Origin: Alteraurantiacibacter sp.
GTDB taxonomy: Bacteria; Pseudomonadota; Alphaproteobacteria; Sphingomonadales; Sphingomonadaceae
Direction of reading: 5' to 3'
NCBI GenBank assembly: GCA_036397575.1
Contig: DASWIR010000113.1
Coordinates: forward strand, 1-26,426
Length of the DNA stretch: 26,426 nt
Made by a program: the position numbers and the translations under genes. Of the stretch, positions 9,558 to 17,821 are shown piece by piece; within the stretch, counting starts at the first letter, position 1, and the number at the start of each line of letters is the position of its first letter. A model generated the notes under the pieces. The model saw only the letters and a program-made list of their open reading frames with translations. It was not told the origin of the DNA and did not search any database.

Positions 9558-10757
9558 ATGCAAGTTTTCGTATTTGACTGGACTGCCTACGCAGAGAACG
9601 TAGATAAGTTCCGTATAGATGACGAAATGCCGCGCCTTGTTAAAGAGCATTTTGAGCCCAAAGTTGCAACTAATACTTACAAATGGCATATTGAGGCTTG
9701 GGTCGAGCTCGAAAATCTCGGTTTTGACGGGGTCGCCATCAACGAACACCATGGCACGCCCTTCGGTTTGGGCAATTCGCCGAACCTGATGGCTGCCGCG
9801 CTTTCGCAACTGACTAGCAAGCTCAAGATACTCATCTATGCCAACCTGCTGCCAATCCACGAGCCTCTGCGCCTGGCCGAGGAACTGGCGATGCTCGATT
9901 GCATGACCAACGGCAGACTGATCGCGGGCGTCGGACGCGGCGCGCCGCGCGAATACAAAATCTTCAACGTGCCGATGAGCGAATCGCGCGGGCGCTTCAA
10001 CGAAGGCTTCGAAGTGATGCGCCGGGCCTGGACCGAGGACAGCTTTTCTTTCGACGGCGAATTCTACAAGTTCGACGACGTATCGATCTGGCCGCGCCCG
10101 GTGCAGCAGCCACACCCGCCGATCTGGGTCCCCCTGACCGGCTCCAAGGAGTCGATCGAATGGGCCGCCGCCAACGACGCGGCGATCACTCCCGGCATTT
10201 TCGCCGGCTCCATGCGCGAGGACACAATCCGCTATTTCGCGCAGTGCCAGGCGAAATACGGCCGCACCGTTCGGCCGGACAAGATCAGCATCATGGTCGA
10301 TTGCTACGTCGCCGACTCCAAGGAGCAGGCGATCGAGGAATACGGCGAGTATCTGATGTACCTGTTCAACACGCTGCTGCGCTACGATCAGGTCTGGCAG
10401 AAGGACGTCAGTAAGCAGGGCTATTACAGTTCCACGGCCTTCGAACATTTGCGCGAAGGCGCGAAAGGCACCCTGGCCGAGGACGACACTGTCTTCAACG
10501 AATGGACGTTGGAAACGGTGCGCGCCGCGGCCGAACATATGCCGATGGGGACGGCCGACGAGATCGTCGAACGGATCATCGCGGAATGCGACGATGCGGG
10601 TGCCAACAACGTCCTGCTGGTCTGCAATCGGGGGCACATGCCGCAGGAGATGTATCTCAACCAGATCCGGCGGATCGGGAAGGAAGTTCTGCCGAGGCTA
10701 CAGGCGCATAACGTGACGTTCGTGCCGCATGCGCAACAACAGGTCGCGGCAGAGTAG
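9558..10757 (+). CDS. LLM-class flavin-dependent oxidoreductase (luciferase-like monooxygenase)
   Basis: LGFDGVAINEHH, PLRLAEELAMLD..TNGRL..GVGRG and PRPVQQPHPPIW motifs. Confidence 0.93.
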   Translation: MQVFVFDWTAYAENVDKFRIDDEMPRLVKEHFEPKVATNTYKWHIEAWVELENLGFDGVAINEHHGTPFGLGNSPNLMAAALSQLTSKLKILIYANLLPIHEPLRLAEELAMLDCMTNGRLIAGVGRGAPREYKIFNVPMSESRGRFNEGFEVMRRAWTEDSFSFDGEFYKFDDVSIWPRPVQQPHPPIWVPLTGSKESIEWAAANDAAITPGIFAGSMREDTIRYFAQCQAKYGRTVRPDKISIMVDCYVADSKEQAIEEYGEYLMYLFNTLLRYDQVWQKDVSKQGYYSSTAFEHLREGAKGTLAEDDTVFNEWTLETVRAAAEHMPMGTADEIVERIIAECDDAGANNVLLVCNRGHMPQEMYLNQIRRIGKEVLPRLQAHNVTFVPHAQQQVAAE

Positions 10758-10867
10758 GATCGGCTGCGCGGCGATAGCCGGGTCGGAATGGCTCCGCTCG
10801 CGAAGCCGACGCCGTGCCGTCACCCAAACCGTGGGTGTCGGAAAAGAAACTGACTAGGGAGCAAGGA

Positions 10868-11587
10868 ATGGCAAGCAAGCGCGCGACAATAGTGATCGTC
10901 CATGGCGCATGGGTTGGCGGTTGGCGTTGGCGAACCGTGGCGGACATGCTGCGCGACCGCGGTCACCGTGTGTTCACGCCCACGCTCACCGGCCTTGGAG
11001 AGCGCGCGCACCTGACGAGCCCCGCCGTTAACCTCTCCCTGCACGCCCGCGATGTTGCCAATGTCATCGAGTACGAGCGGCTCGAGAACATTCTGCTTGT
11101 CGGCCATTCCTATGGCGGGATGCCGATCTCGGTGGCGGCGGAGCTCGTGCCCGAGGGCATCATTCAGTCGATCATGTACCTGGACGCCTTCCTTCCCGAG
11201 GATGGCGAATCCTTGAACGATCTCGTCCCCGGGGAGCCGCACTTGCCGCCCGACCCCGAGGATTACCTCGTGCCGCCGCCCCGCGCCAACTTGGTGGGAT
11301 TCAACACCCATATGGATGCCGAGGCGCGTGCGGCCTACGAGGACCGCCGTACGCCGCAATCGGTCCATTGCTTCAGCGAAAAAGCGCACCTCACGGGCGC
11401 ACGCGAGCGCATCGCGCAAAAGACCTATGTGCTTGCCACCGGGTACAAGAACGACACCTTCACGCCGGTCGCCGAAAAGCTCCGCGAACGCCAGGGCTGG
11501 CGGGTGGAGGAAATGCCCTACACGCACGATCTGCAGCACGTCGCGGTGACGGAAACCGCCGACATGATCGAGACGGCGCTCCCCTAA
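10868..11587 (+). CDS. Alpha/beta hydrolase (esterase-like)
   Basis: VHGAW.GGW.W, nucleophile GHSYGG, YLDAFLP.DGES, C-terminal His (THD). ATG at 10868 behind GGAGCAAGGA. Confidence 0.9.
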   Translation: MASKRATIVIVHGAWVGGWRWRTVADMLRDRGHRVFTPTLTGLGERAHLTSPAVNLSLHARDVANVIEYERLENILLVGHSYGGMPISVAAELVPEGIIQSIMYLDAFLPEDGESLNDLVPGEPHLPPDPEDYLVPPPRANLVGFNTHMDAEARAAYEDRRTPQSVHCFSEKAHLTGARERIAQKTYVLATGYKNDTFTPVAEKLRERQGWRVEEMPYTHDLQHVAVTETADMIETALP

Positions 11588-11589
11588 GG

Positions 11590-13023
11590 GTGCCAGCTGG
11601 GGAGAACACGCAAGCGGGGGGCATTGTAGCCACGCCCGCGGCGGAACATCCGCTGCTCAGGCCGGGCTACAAAAGGTGGCTCGTTTTCGTGCTGCTGCTG
11701 GTGAGCGTGTTCAATTTCGCCGACCGGGCGATACTGGCGGTGCTCGCTCAGCCGATAAAGGAAGACCTTCACCTCACTGATACCGACCTGGGCATCCTCC
11801 AAGGGCTCGGATTTGCTATTCTCTATTCGGTGCTCGGCGTTCCGCTGGGAATGATGGCCGAGCGCGTCAACCGGACACGCCTGATCGCGATTTGCATCGC
11901 CGTGTGGTCGGTGATGACGGTGGCCTGCGGGTTCGCGACAAGCTTTTTCACCCTGCTGCTCGGCCGCATCGGCGTCGGTATCGGCGAGGCCGGCTCGCAG
12001 CCGTCGACGATGTCGCTGCTGTCCGACCATTTCAAGCCGGACCGCCGCGCCTCAATGGTGGCTATCGTGATGCTGGGAGCTCCCTTCGGCTTCCTGCTCG
12101 GCCAGTCGGTCGGCGGCTGGGTTACCAGCGTGTGGGGCTGGCGCGCCGCCTTCTACGTGATGGGCGTTCCGGGCGTGCTTGTTGCCTTGCTGGTCTTGTT
12201 CACCTTGCGCGAGCCGCCGCGCAGCCTAGTCGACGGCGTAGTGTCAACGGGCAAAGCACCCTCCCTGATGGCGGTGCTGCGCTATCTGCTTTCCAGGCCG
12301 ACATTCAGGCACCTGCTCGCGGGGTTCACGATCGCGGGCTTTGCGATGAATGCCATCGCGAACTTTGTGCTGCCGTTCTACTTGCGCGGCTTCACCATGC
12401 CGCTGATGGTGCTCGGCGTGGTGTTCGGCTTCGTCACCTTCACCTCGAACGGTATCGGGATGCTTCTCGGTGGATTCGGCTTCGACCGGCTTTCGAGAAA
12501 GGACGCGCGATGGATCCTGTGGGGGCCGGCACTGGCGCTGGTCCTGTGCGTGCCGGTCCTTTTCGGCGCATTCATCAGCCAGGCGATCTATGTTTCGCTT
12601 GCCTTCATGTGGCTCGGCAATCTGTTGATGATCACGTTCATGGCGCCGACCCTGGGGACGATGCAGAACCTCGCCGGTCCCCGAATGCGCGCCACGACCT
12701 CGGCTCTGACCCTCATGGTCAGCGGGCTGCTTAGCGCGGGACTGGGACCGACTGTCCTGGGCATGGCGAGCGACTTCTTTGCAACTCGCGCCTTTGAGGG
12801 TCCCGATTTCATTGCGAGCTGCCCTGGTGGGCGAGGACCGGACGGTTCGGGTAGCGCGCTGGATATTGCCTGCCTGTCGGCGTCGACGGACGGGCTGCGC
12901 TATGCCCTGATTGGCGTGCTGGTGTTCCTTTTGTGGGCGGCGATCCACTATGTGCTCGCCGCGCGCCATCTGAAGGACGATTTTTACGATCCGGCGAAGG
13001 AAGATCCCGCGCCCGCTGCCTGA
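11590..13023 (+). CDS. MFS transporter (spinster-like); start codon uncertain
   Basis: FNFADRAILAVLAQPIKEDL.LTD, AERVNRTRLIA, GIGEAG and DHFKPDRRA. The in-frame GTG at 11590 follows the hydrolase stop. Confidence 0.88.
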   Translation: MPAGENTQAGGIVATPAAEHPLLRPGYKRWLVFVLLLVSVFNFADRAILAVLAQPIKEDLHLTDTDLGILQGLGFAILYSVLGVPLGMMAERVNRTRLIAICIAVWSVMTVACGFATSFFTLLLGRIGVGIGEAGSQPSTMSLLSDHFKPDRRASMVAIVMLGAPFGFLLGQSVGGWVTSVWGWRAAFYVMGVPGVLVALLVLFTLREPPRSLVDGVVSTGKAPSLMAVLRYLLSRPTFRHLLAGFTIAGFAMNAIANFVLPFYLRGFTMPLMVLGVVFGFVTFTSNGIGMLLGGFGFDRLSRKDARWILWGPALALVLCVPVLFGAFISQAIYVSLAFMWLGNLLMITFMAPTLGTMQNLAGPRMRATTSALTLMVSGLLSAGLGPTVLGMASDFFATRAFEGPDFIASCPGGRGPDGSGSALDIACLSASTDGLRYALIGVLVFLLWAAIHYVLAARHLKDDFYDPAKEDPAPAA

Positions 13024-13059
13024 CGCTTTGCTCCCGCCGCCGTGAGCGACGGGCCTGGA

Positions 13060-14484
13060 TCAGAGGGGGCGGCTGCGGCTCATCTCCAGCATCACGCGCG
13101 CCGATTCCCGCTTGGCCCATTCGAGCTGCGCCTGGTCTCCTGCATCGATCTTGTCGAGCAGGCGGTGCAGCAGGTCGAAGTACTCGGCCTGCATATGCAC
13201 CGGCAGTCCCTCGGCGAGGAAAGGGTGGAAGCGCGCCTCGTAAGCGGCAAGGCTGCGCGAGAACAGGTCGATGATAGGACTGTCCGAAAGCTGCGAGACG
13301 CATTGGACCAGCCGCAGCAGGTCGTAGCGGTCGATCGGATCGCTGCGCTGCGCACGCTCGAGCAAGGTCTTCAGCTTGCCGCGCTGCTCCTTGTTCGCGC
13401 GGCTCGCGGCCAGCGCCGGTACGAAGCGGTTGAGCTGGAACAGTATGGTGCCTGCCGCCATCGGATCCATTTGGCGGCTGATGAGGTAGGCCAGCACCAG
13501 CCGGATGCTGCCCGTTCCCCGCAGGTCTCGCACGACCAATCCGTTGCCCCGGCCGCGGCGGCATTCGACGAGGCCGCTGTCCTGCAACTGACGGATGGCT
13601 TGGCGCAACGTCGGTCGGCTGACGCTAAAACGCTCGCATAGGTCCCATTCTGATCCCAGCCGCTGGCCGGCGCCAGCGCTACCAAGGATTTCGGCACCGA
13701 GCCTGCGCGCAACGAGTGTTGACAGCGTGCGATCATCGGCCATGCGCGAGGTGTCTATCGCGGGCAGTTGCAGCGCACCGTCGTCTCGCCGCAGCCATTC
13801 GTGCAACCCTACGTCGAGCCTGGCAGCTTCTGTCTGGGCGGCATTGACGTCGCCGCTTTCGAGCGCCGTGCACATGACCTCTGCCTGGCTCGCGGCGTGC
13901 ATTTGCCAGCCGCTCGCTTCGGCGTCGGAACGGACGAATTCCGCCGTAAGATCGTTCAGGCATTCGACGATGAGCTCAATGACCGGCTCGCCGGTCAGTC
14001 TCGCGATTGCTGCACGAATGCGTAGATGCCACTCGGGCCCGCTGCCGCATTCGCCCGGCTGAGCCAGTTTCGCGATCTGCTCGGCATCCGGCCTGGCCGA
14101 TGCCGCAAGCCCCGCGGCCATCAGATCGACGGCCTCGCGCGCGTCTTTCAATTGGGTCAGCGTTATGCCTGCCATGCGGAAGTAATTGGCCAGTTCCGCT
14201 CCGATCGCTCCAAAATCGGGCTGGGCAACGATGAACCCGCCGCACGGACCCGGGCGTAATCGGCCGAGTCCTCTGCGTTCGAGCAGCGCGACAGCCTCGC
14301 GCGCAGCGGCCCGGCCTACGGAATAGCGTTCGGACAATTCGCGCAGGGATCCCATGACGCCGCCCACGGGAACATTGTTGGACGCGATGTCGTCCTCGAT
14401 CAGTCGGGCCAGCTTTTCCGCCAGCCCCGCAGTCGCGGCATCCTCGCTGGTGGATGCAGAGTAAATCTTTTCTGCGGTTGTCAT
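13060..14484 (-). CDS. Tandem GntR/FadR-type regulator (two wHTH plus effector-domain units)
   Basis: HTH1 GSLRELSERYSVGRAAAREAVALLERRG and HTH2 GSEWDLCERFSVSRPTLRQAIRQLQDSG, each followed by a helical FCD-like domain; 474 aa. Confidence 0.85.
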   Translation of the reverse strand: MTTAEKIYSASTSEDAATAGLAEKLARLIEDDIASNNVPVGGVMGSLRELSERYSVGRAAAREAVALLERRGLGRLRPGPCGGFIVAQPDFGAIGAELANYFRMAGITLTQLKDAREAVDLMAAGLAASARPDAEQIAKLAQPGECGSGPEWHLRIRAAIARLTGEPVIELIVECLNDLTAEFVRSDAEASGWQMHAASQAEVMCTALESGDVNAAQTEAARLDVGLHEWLRRDDGALQLPAIDTSRMADDRTLSTLVARRLGAEILGSAGAGQRLGSEWDLCERFSVSRPTLRQAIRQLQDSGLVECRRGRGNGLVVRDLRGTGSIRLVLAYLISRQMDPMAAGTILFQLNRFVPALAASRANKEQRGKLKTLLERAQRSDPIDRYDLLRLVQCVSQLSDSPIIDLFSRSLAAYEARFHPFLAEGLPVHMQAEYFDLLHRLLDKIDAGDQAQLEWAKRESARVMLEMSRSRPL

Positions 14485-14564
14485 ACGGTCCTCTCGGGAT
14501 TGATTGAAACCCCTGCAGACCGCCGATGCAAGCCAAAAGCCCGCCCGGAGGATTTATATTTTTC

Positions 14565-14588
14565 CTGACCAATGTCAGCACTATTTTC
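14565..14588 (+). promoter_or_regulatory. Candidate operator upstream of the GntR gene
   Basis: Palindrome CTGAC-CAAT-GTCAG (14565-14578) overlaps CAATGTCAGCACTATTTTC, which matches the 7192 element at 16/19. Confidence 0.5.
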
Positions 14589-14616
14589 AGAGTAGCGCGG
14601 GCTGCGGCTCAATACG

Positions 14617-14829
14617 ATGTCCCCAAACATCACCCTCTTCAATCTGCGCGGGATCTCGCAGAACAATTTCACCGACAATCTCGAAGCGCCCGTAGCTGTC
14701 TACTTTGACGACGCCTACATGGGCTCGATCAACGGCATCAGCGGTCAGTTATTCGACCTCCAGCGCATCGAGGTCCTAAGAGGACCTCAAGGCACTTTGT
14801 TCGGCCGCAACGCAACGGGCGGTGCTGTC
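14617..14829 (+). pseudogene. TonB-dependent receptor plug-domain fragment
   Basis: PNITLFNLRGISQNNF...APVAVYFDDAY...DLQRIEVLRGPQGTLFGRNATGGAV. No signal peptide or barrel; ends at the IS6-like end. Confidence 0.85.
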
Positions 14830-14849
14830 AGTCTAACGGCAACTCGTCT
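14818..14849 (+). repeat. 32-bp direct repeat, copy 2 (partner 1274-1305)
   Basis: 30/32 identity with 1274-1305. Confidence 0.92.
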
Positions 14850-14990
14850 ACACCGGGCGCATGATCGCCAAATCGGCTCGCGCTCAGGACATAAGGATTG
14901 CCACTGAGCCAGGGCGGCGGAGCATCTTTTCTTGAATGTCTTTCAATCGGCTAGATGGAGTTCCTGGTTTAAGGTTGTGGACGCAGACGG
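14821..14990 (-). mobile_element. IS6-family remnant (right terminal repeat plus degenerate transposase C-terminus), right copy
   Basis: Minus strand from 14969 reads NQELHLAD*KTFKKRCSAALAQWQSL, matching the recalled IS6 ending NQERHLVDRQTYK.RRSAALAEWQSL; VHN lies just upstream in another frame. Ends in GGTGCTGTCAGTCTAA read inward. Confidence 0.7.
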
Positions 14991-15007
14991 CTCGTGAGGG
15001 GCAGATC

Positions 15008-15565
15008 CTACTCGTCTCGCGCCGGATCCTGTCGGTCAGTATTCCGCTTCGCTTCCGCGTCCCATCGCGCCTGCCGTTCCTCCTCGCGCAGTTCGTCGGC
15101 GATCCCGTCGTCGCAACGGCGTTCCTGAAATCGCTCCCACTCCTCCATACTGACACGCAATGTGCCGGTCTTCTGCGGCGCGTACTTCTGCCGGAGAAGC
15201 TCGTTCTCCTGCTCAAGACGGTCCATCCTGTCAGTGAGCAGACGGCCGGTCATACGCTGCTGGAGATCGACATTCGAGGCCATCATCGTCAGTTGCAGAA
15301 AATCCTTGGCCGCAACCCGGTTACCCTTTGCTCCGGCAATGCCGAGGCGAAGAATATTCGCCTCGAATATCGTCAGGTTTTCAGTCTTGCCCTCGACGTT
15401 CACCGGAAGCTTGCGATCAGCCACCCGGAAGATCGCATTACGGCGTGACGCGGGAAGCTTGGGATCCCTCGCAATCCTGTACGGCCTGCCACGCGGATTT
15501 CCGGAACTCCTGAACCGCCCCTTCTGGTCGCGCTGAACTTCGGGCTGGTCGTCTTCATGGTTCAC
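15008..15565 (-). CDS. DUF5681 domain protein
   Basis: GRF..SGNPRGRP, then V.VEGK....T..EA and A.KGN..AAK.FL. The GTG start overlaps the methylase stop (GTGA). Confidence 0.8.
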   Translation of the reverse strand: MNHEDDQPEVQRDQKGRFRSSGNPRGRPYRIARDPKLPASRRNAIFRVADRKLPVNVEGKTENLTIFEANILRLGIAGAKGNRVAAKDFLQLTMMASNVDLQQRMTGRLLTDRMDRLEQENELLRQKYAPQKTGTLRVSMEEWERFQERRCDDGIADELREEERQARWDAEAKRNTDRQDPARDE

Positions 15566-16943
15566 GCCGCTTCTCCTGCCCTGGTTTCATTGAGTGCTGC
15601 CTCGACAAGTTCATCGAGTGCGCGCTGACGGCGTGCCTGGACATCCGCGAATGCTTCACCGGTGGATACAAGGAGAGCCTTGCGCCCGGTCAGCTCCTGC
15701 CAGCGCCTGATGGTGACGGCGCAGTACTTTGGCTCGATCTCGATCAGCCGCGCCCGGCGCTTTGCCTTCTCTGCGGCGATCAGGGTCGAGCCTGATCCTC
15801 CGAACGGGTCGAGCACGATCTCACTGCGCTTCGAGGTATCCTTGATCGCATCGATGATCATCGCAGCCGGCTTCACGGTCGGGTGCATGGCCAGCTCGGC
15901 CTTCCCGCCGGTCTTCGTCGCGCCGCGATACTCCCAGACATTGGTGCGGTAGCGCCCGTTTCGACCGAGTTCGACAGTGTTGAGATAGGGCGCCGCACCT
16001 GCCTTCCACACGAATACCAGCTCGTGCCGGGAGCGGTAGAAGCTGCCCATCCCGCCATTGTCCTTCGACCACACGCACATGTTGACCAGCCGGTCATAGG
16101 CTGCCTCGCCGGCATCGAGCATCTCACGCATGTGACGCCAGTCCATGCACTGATAGTGGATGGCACCGTCGATACTGAACGCAGCCTCGTGTTCGAACAC
16201 CGTGCGCAGGAACGCGGTGAACTCCTCCTGCGACATCTCGCCCGATGCCATCGCGAATTCCTCGTGATGCACCTTGCCGAGGCCGCCGACATGGCCATCG
16301 ACCGGAACATTGTAGGGCGGATCGGAAAACACCATCCGCGCCCGGTCCTCACCCATCACGGTTTCGTAGGAGGCGCGCTCAAGCGCGCTGCCGCACAGAA
16401 TACGGTGTTCGCCAAGGACCCACAGATCGCCCGGCTCGACGCCGGGGGAAGGCGCCGGTCGACCGGCGGAAGGCTGTCGGCCGCGATATCCTTCGCGGTC
16501 CGTCCGTCGAGGATGACCTCGATCTCGCCGGTCGCAAAACCGGTCAGCTCGATATCGAAATCAAGTTCGAGCGATATCAGTTCATCGATCTCGGCCCTCA
16601 GGTCCTCCGCGTCCCACGCCGCGTTCTCGGCGATGCGGTTGTCGGCAAGCGCATATGCGCGCAGTTCGGCCTCGCTGAGGTGAGCGATGCACAGAACCGG
16701 CACTTCCGTGAGGCCGATCCCGCGGGCCGCCTCGACCCGTCCGTGGCCGGCCACTATCCGGCCCTCGGCATCGACCAGCACCGGGTTGAGGAACCCGAAC
16801 TTGCGGATCGATCCGGCAATTTGCTCAAGCTGCCGCTCGCTGTGCCGGCGGGCGTTCCGCCTTGCCGGCTTCAGCCCGGAAACCGGACGCAATTCTACCT
16901 TGAGCGGTGCCACAGGCGGCCCGCCCACTGCATTCCCTGTCAT
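15562..16943 (-). pseudogene. ParB-N-terminal / N6-N4 DNA methyltransferase fusion, split by a 1-nt frameshift near 16440-16447
   Basis: The ParB part (RNARRHS..Q...IA.SI..FGF.NP.LVD, AGHGR, LADNRI) continues in another frame as VEPGDLWVLGEHRILCG...DPPY...HPTVKP...LDPFGGSGST. Adding one base gives a 460-aa ORF. Confidence 0.85.
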
Positions 16944-16978
16944 GTCAGTTACTCCGTAGTCAGTTACTCCGTAGTCAG
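16944..16978. repeat. 15-bp tandem repeat (2.3 copies) duplicating the ribosome-binding site
   Basis: GTCAGTTACTCCGTA x2 plus GTCAG; the minus strand reads ...GGAGTAACTGACTACGGAGTAACTGAC-ATG. Confidence 0.9.
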
Positions 16979-16992
16979 GTGCGCAGGAGACC

Positions 16993-17445
16993 TCACGGCT
17001 CCTTGAGCAGTGTTTCAAGTAATGCCGCCTCCCGCGGCATGCTGCGTTTGACGATCGCGGCCAGCTCACGCACAGCCGCCTCGCGGCTCATGATCCTCAG
17101 GCCATCGCGGTCGACGTAGCAGATGATTGCAGAACCTTCCGAGAGACCCTGCCCTTCAAGCCACGCCCGCGGCAGGCGGACCTTTCCACCCTTCTCCAGC
17201 ATCAACTGCTCGATGTTCGGATTGGCTGCCCGGGCAGAAGGCTCTCCACCGGCTCCCTCACTCCCGCCGGCCTCTGCCGCCTTCTTCTTCTCGTAGTCCA
17301 TGATTACGTTGCGGACGTGCTGGTACCGCCGATCGATGAACCGCGCGATGTCAGCCTTTGGCATTCCCGCATCGTAGAGGATGCGGATCTTCTCGGAGAG
17401 ACTGGGAGCGTCGGCCACCAGGCGTTCGTAGTCGCTGTGAATCAT
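16993..17445 (-). CDS. HTH plus AbrB/MazE/SpoVT-like DNA-binding protein
   Basis: N-terminal SEKIRIL..AG...ADIARF..RRYQHVRNV helix-turn-helix, C-terminal GKVRLP..W....GL.EG...... swapped-hairpin motif. ATG at 17445 behind GAGG. Confidence 0.7.
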   Translation of the reverse strand: MIHSDYERLVADAPSLSEKIRILYDAGMPKADIARFIDRRYQHVRNVIMDYEKKKAAEAGGSEGAGGEPSARAANPNIEQLMLEKGGKVRLPRAWLEGQGLSEGSAIICYVDRDGLRIMSREAAVRELAAIVKRSMPREAALLETLLKEP

Positions 17446-17821
17446 GTCAGCCTCGATATCGGTTCGATAGGGACTAACTATACAATCACAGCCCGGCGTC
17501 AACCAAAATACCAGTTTGTTTTTATAGTTCGTATCAAACAGCGACGGATCTCCCGCATGACCGATCCATCCCGGGAGACGCTTCTCGTGCGCATCTGGCA
17601 ATCTCTCACCTTGTTTGAGTGGGCAGAGCTACGGCGCTTTGCGCCGACTTAGCCGCCGTTGCAGGACCAAAGTAGAGACTCTATTAGCTGCGGCTGGTTC
17701 GTGGTTCGCCACCGACCTCCTGATGAGTTCGAGAAGCCGGCGATGAATCAGATTTCAGTTCTTTCGGAACCGGTCAGCGCATCATCTATATCGATTTCAA
17801 GATGGCACGCTGTGCTTCGCT

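Noticed and set aside
11368-11589. N-terminal extension of the second MFS ORF
   Set aside because: Overlaps the hydrolase gene in another frame and has no MFS-like sequence.
1383-13641. Long antisense or overlapping ORFs (e.g. 1383-2249, 2517-3542, 7581-9032, 9552-10637, 12244-12969, 13042-13641)
   Set aside because: Shadow ORFs expected opposite real genes in high-GC DNA; no domain motifs.
16440-16451. Programmed -1 ribosomal frameshift in ParB-MTase
   Set aside because: No canonical X XXY YYZ slippery heptamer, and the palindrome lies upstream rather than downstream. Kept only as an unexplained frameshift.
17446-17530. Sigma70-like promoter TTGACG...TATAGT on the minus strand
   Set aside because: The spacer is only 14 bp, so it cannot be called without TSS data.
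17557-17652. 31-codon ORF MTDPSRETLLVRIWQSLTLFEWAELRRFAPT
   Set aside because: No clear RBS or recognisable motif; cannot be distinguished from chance.
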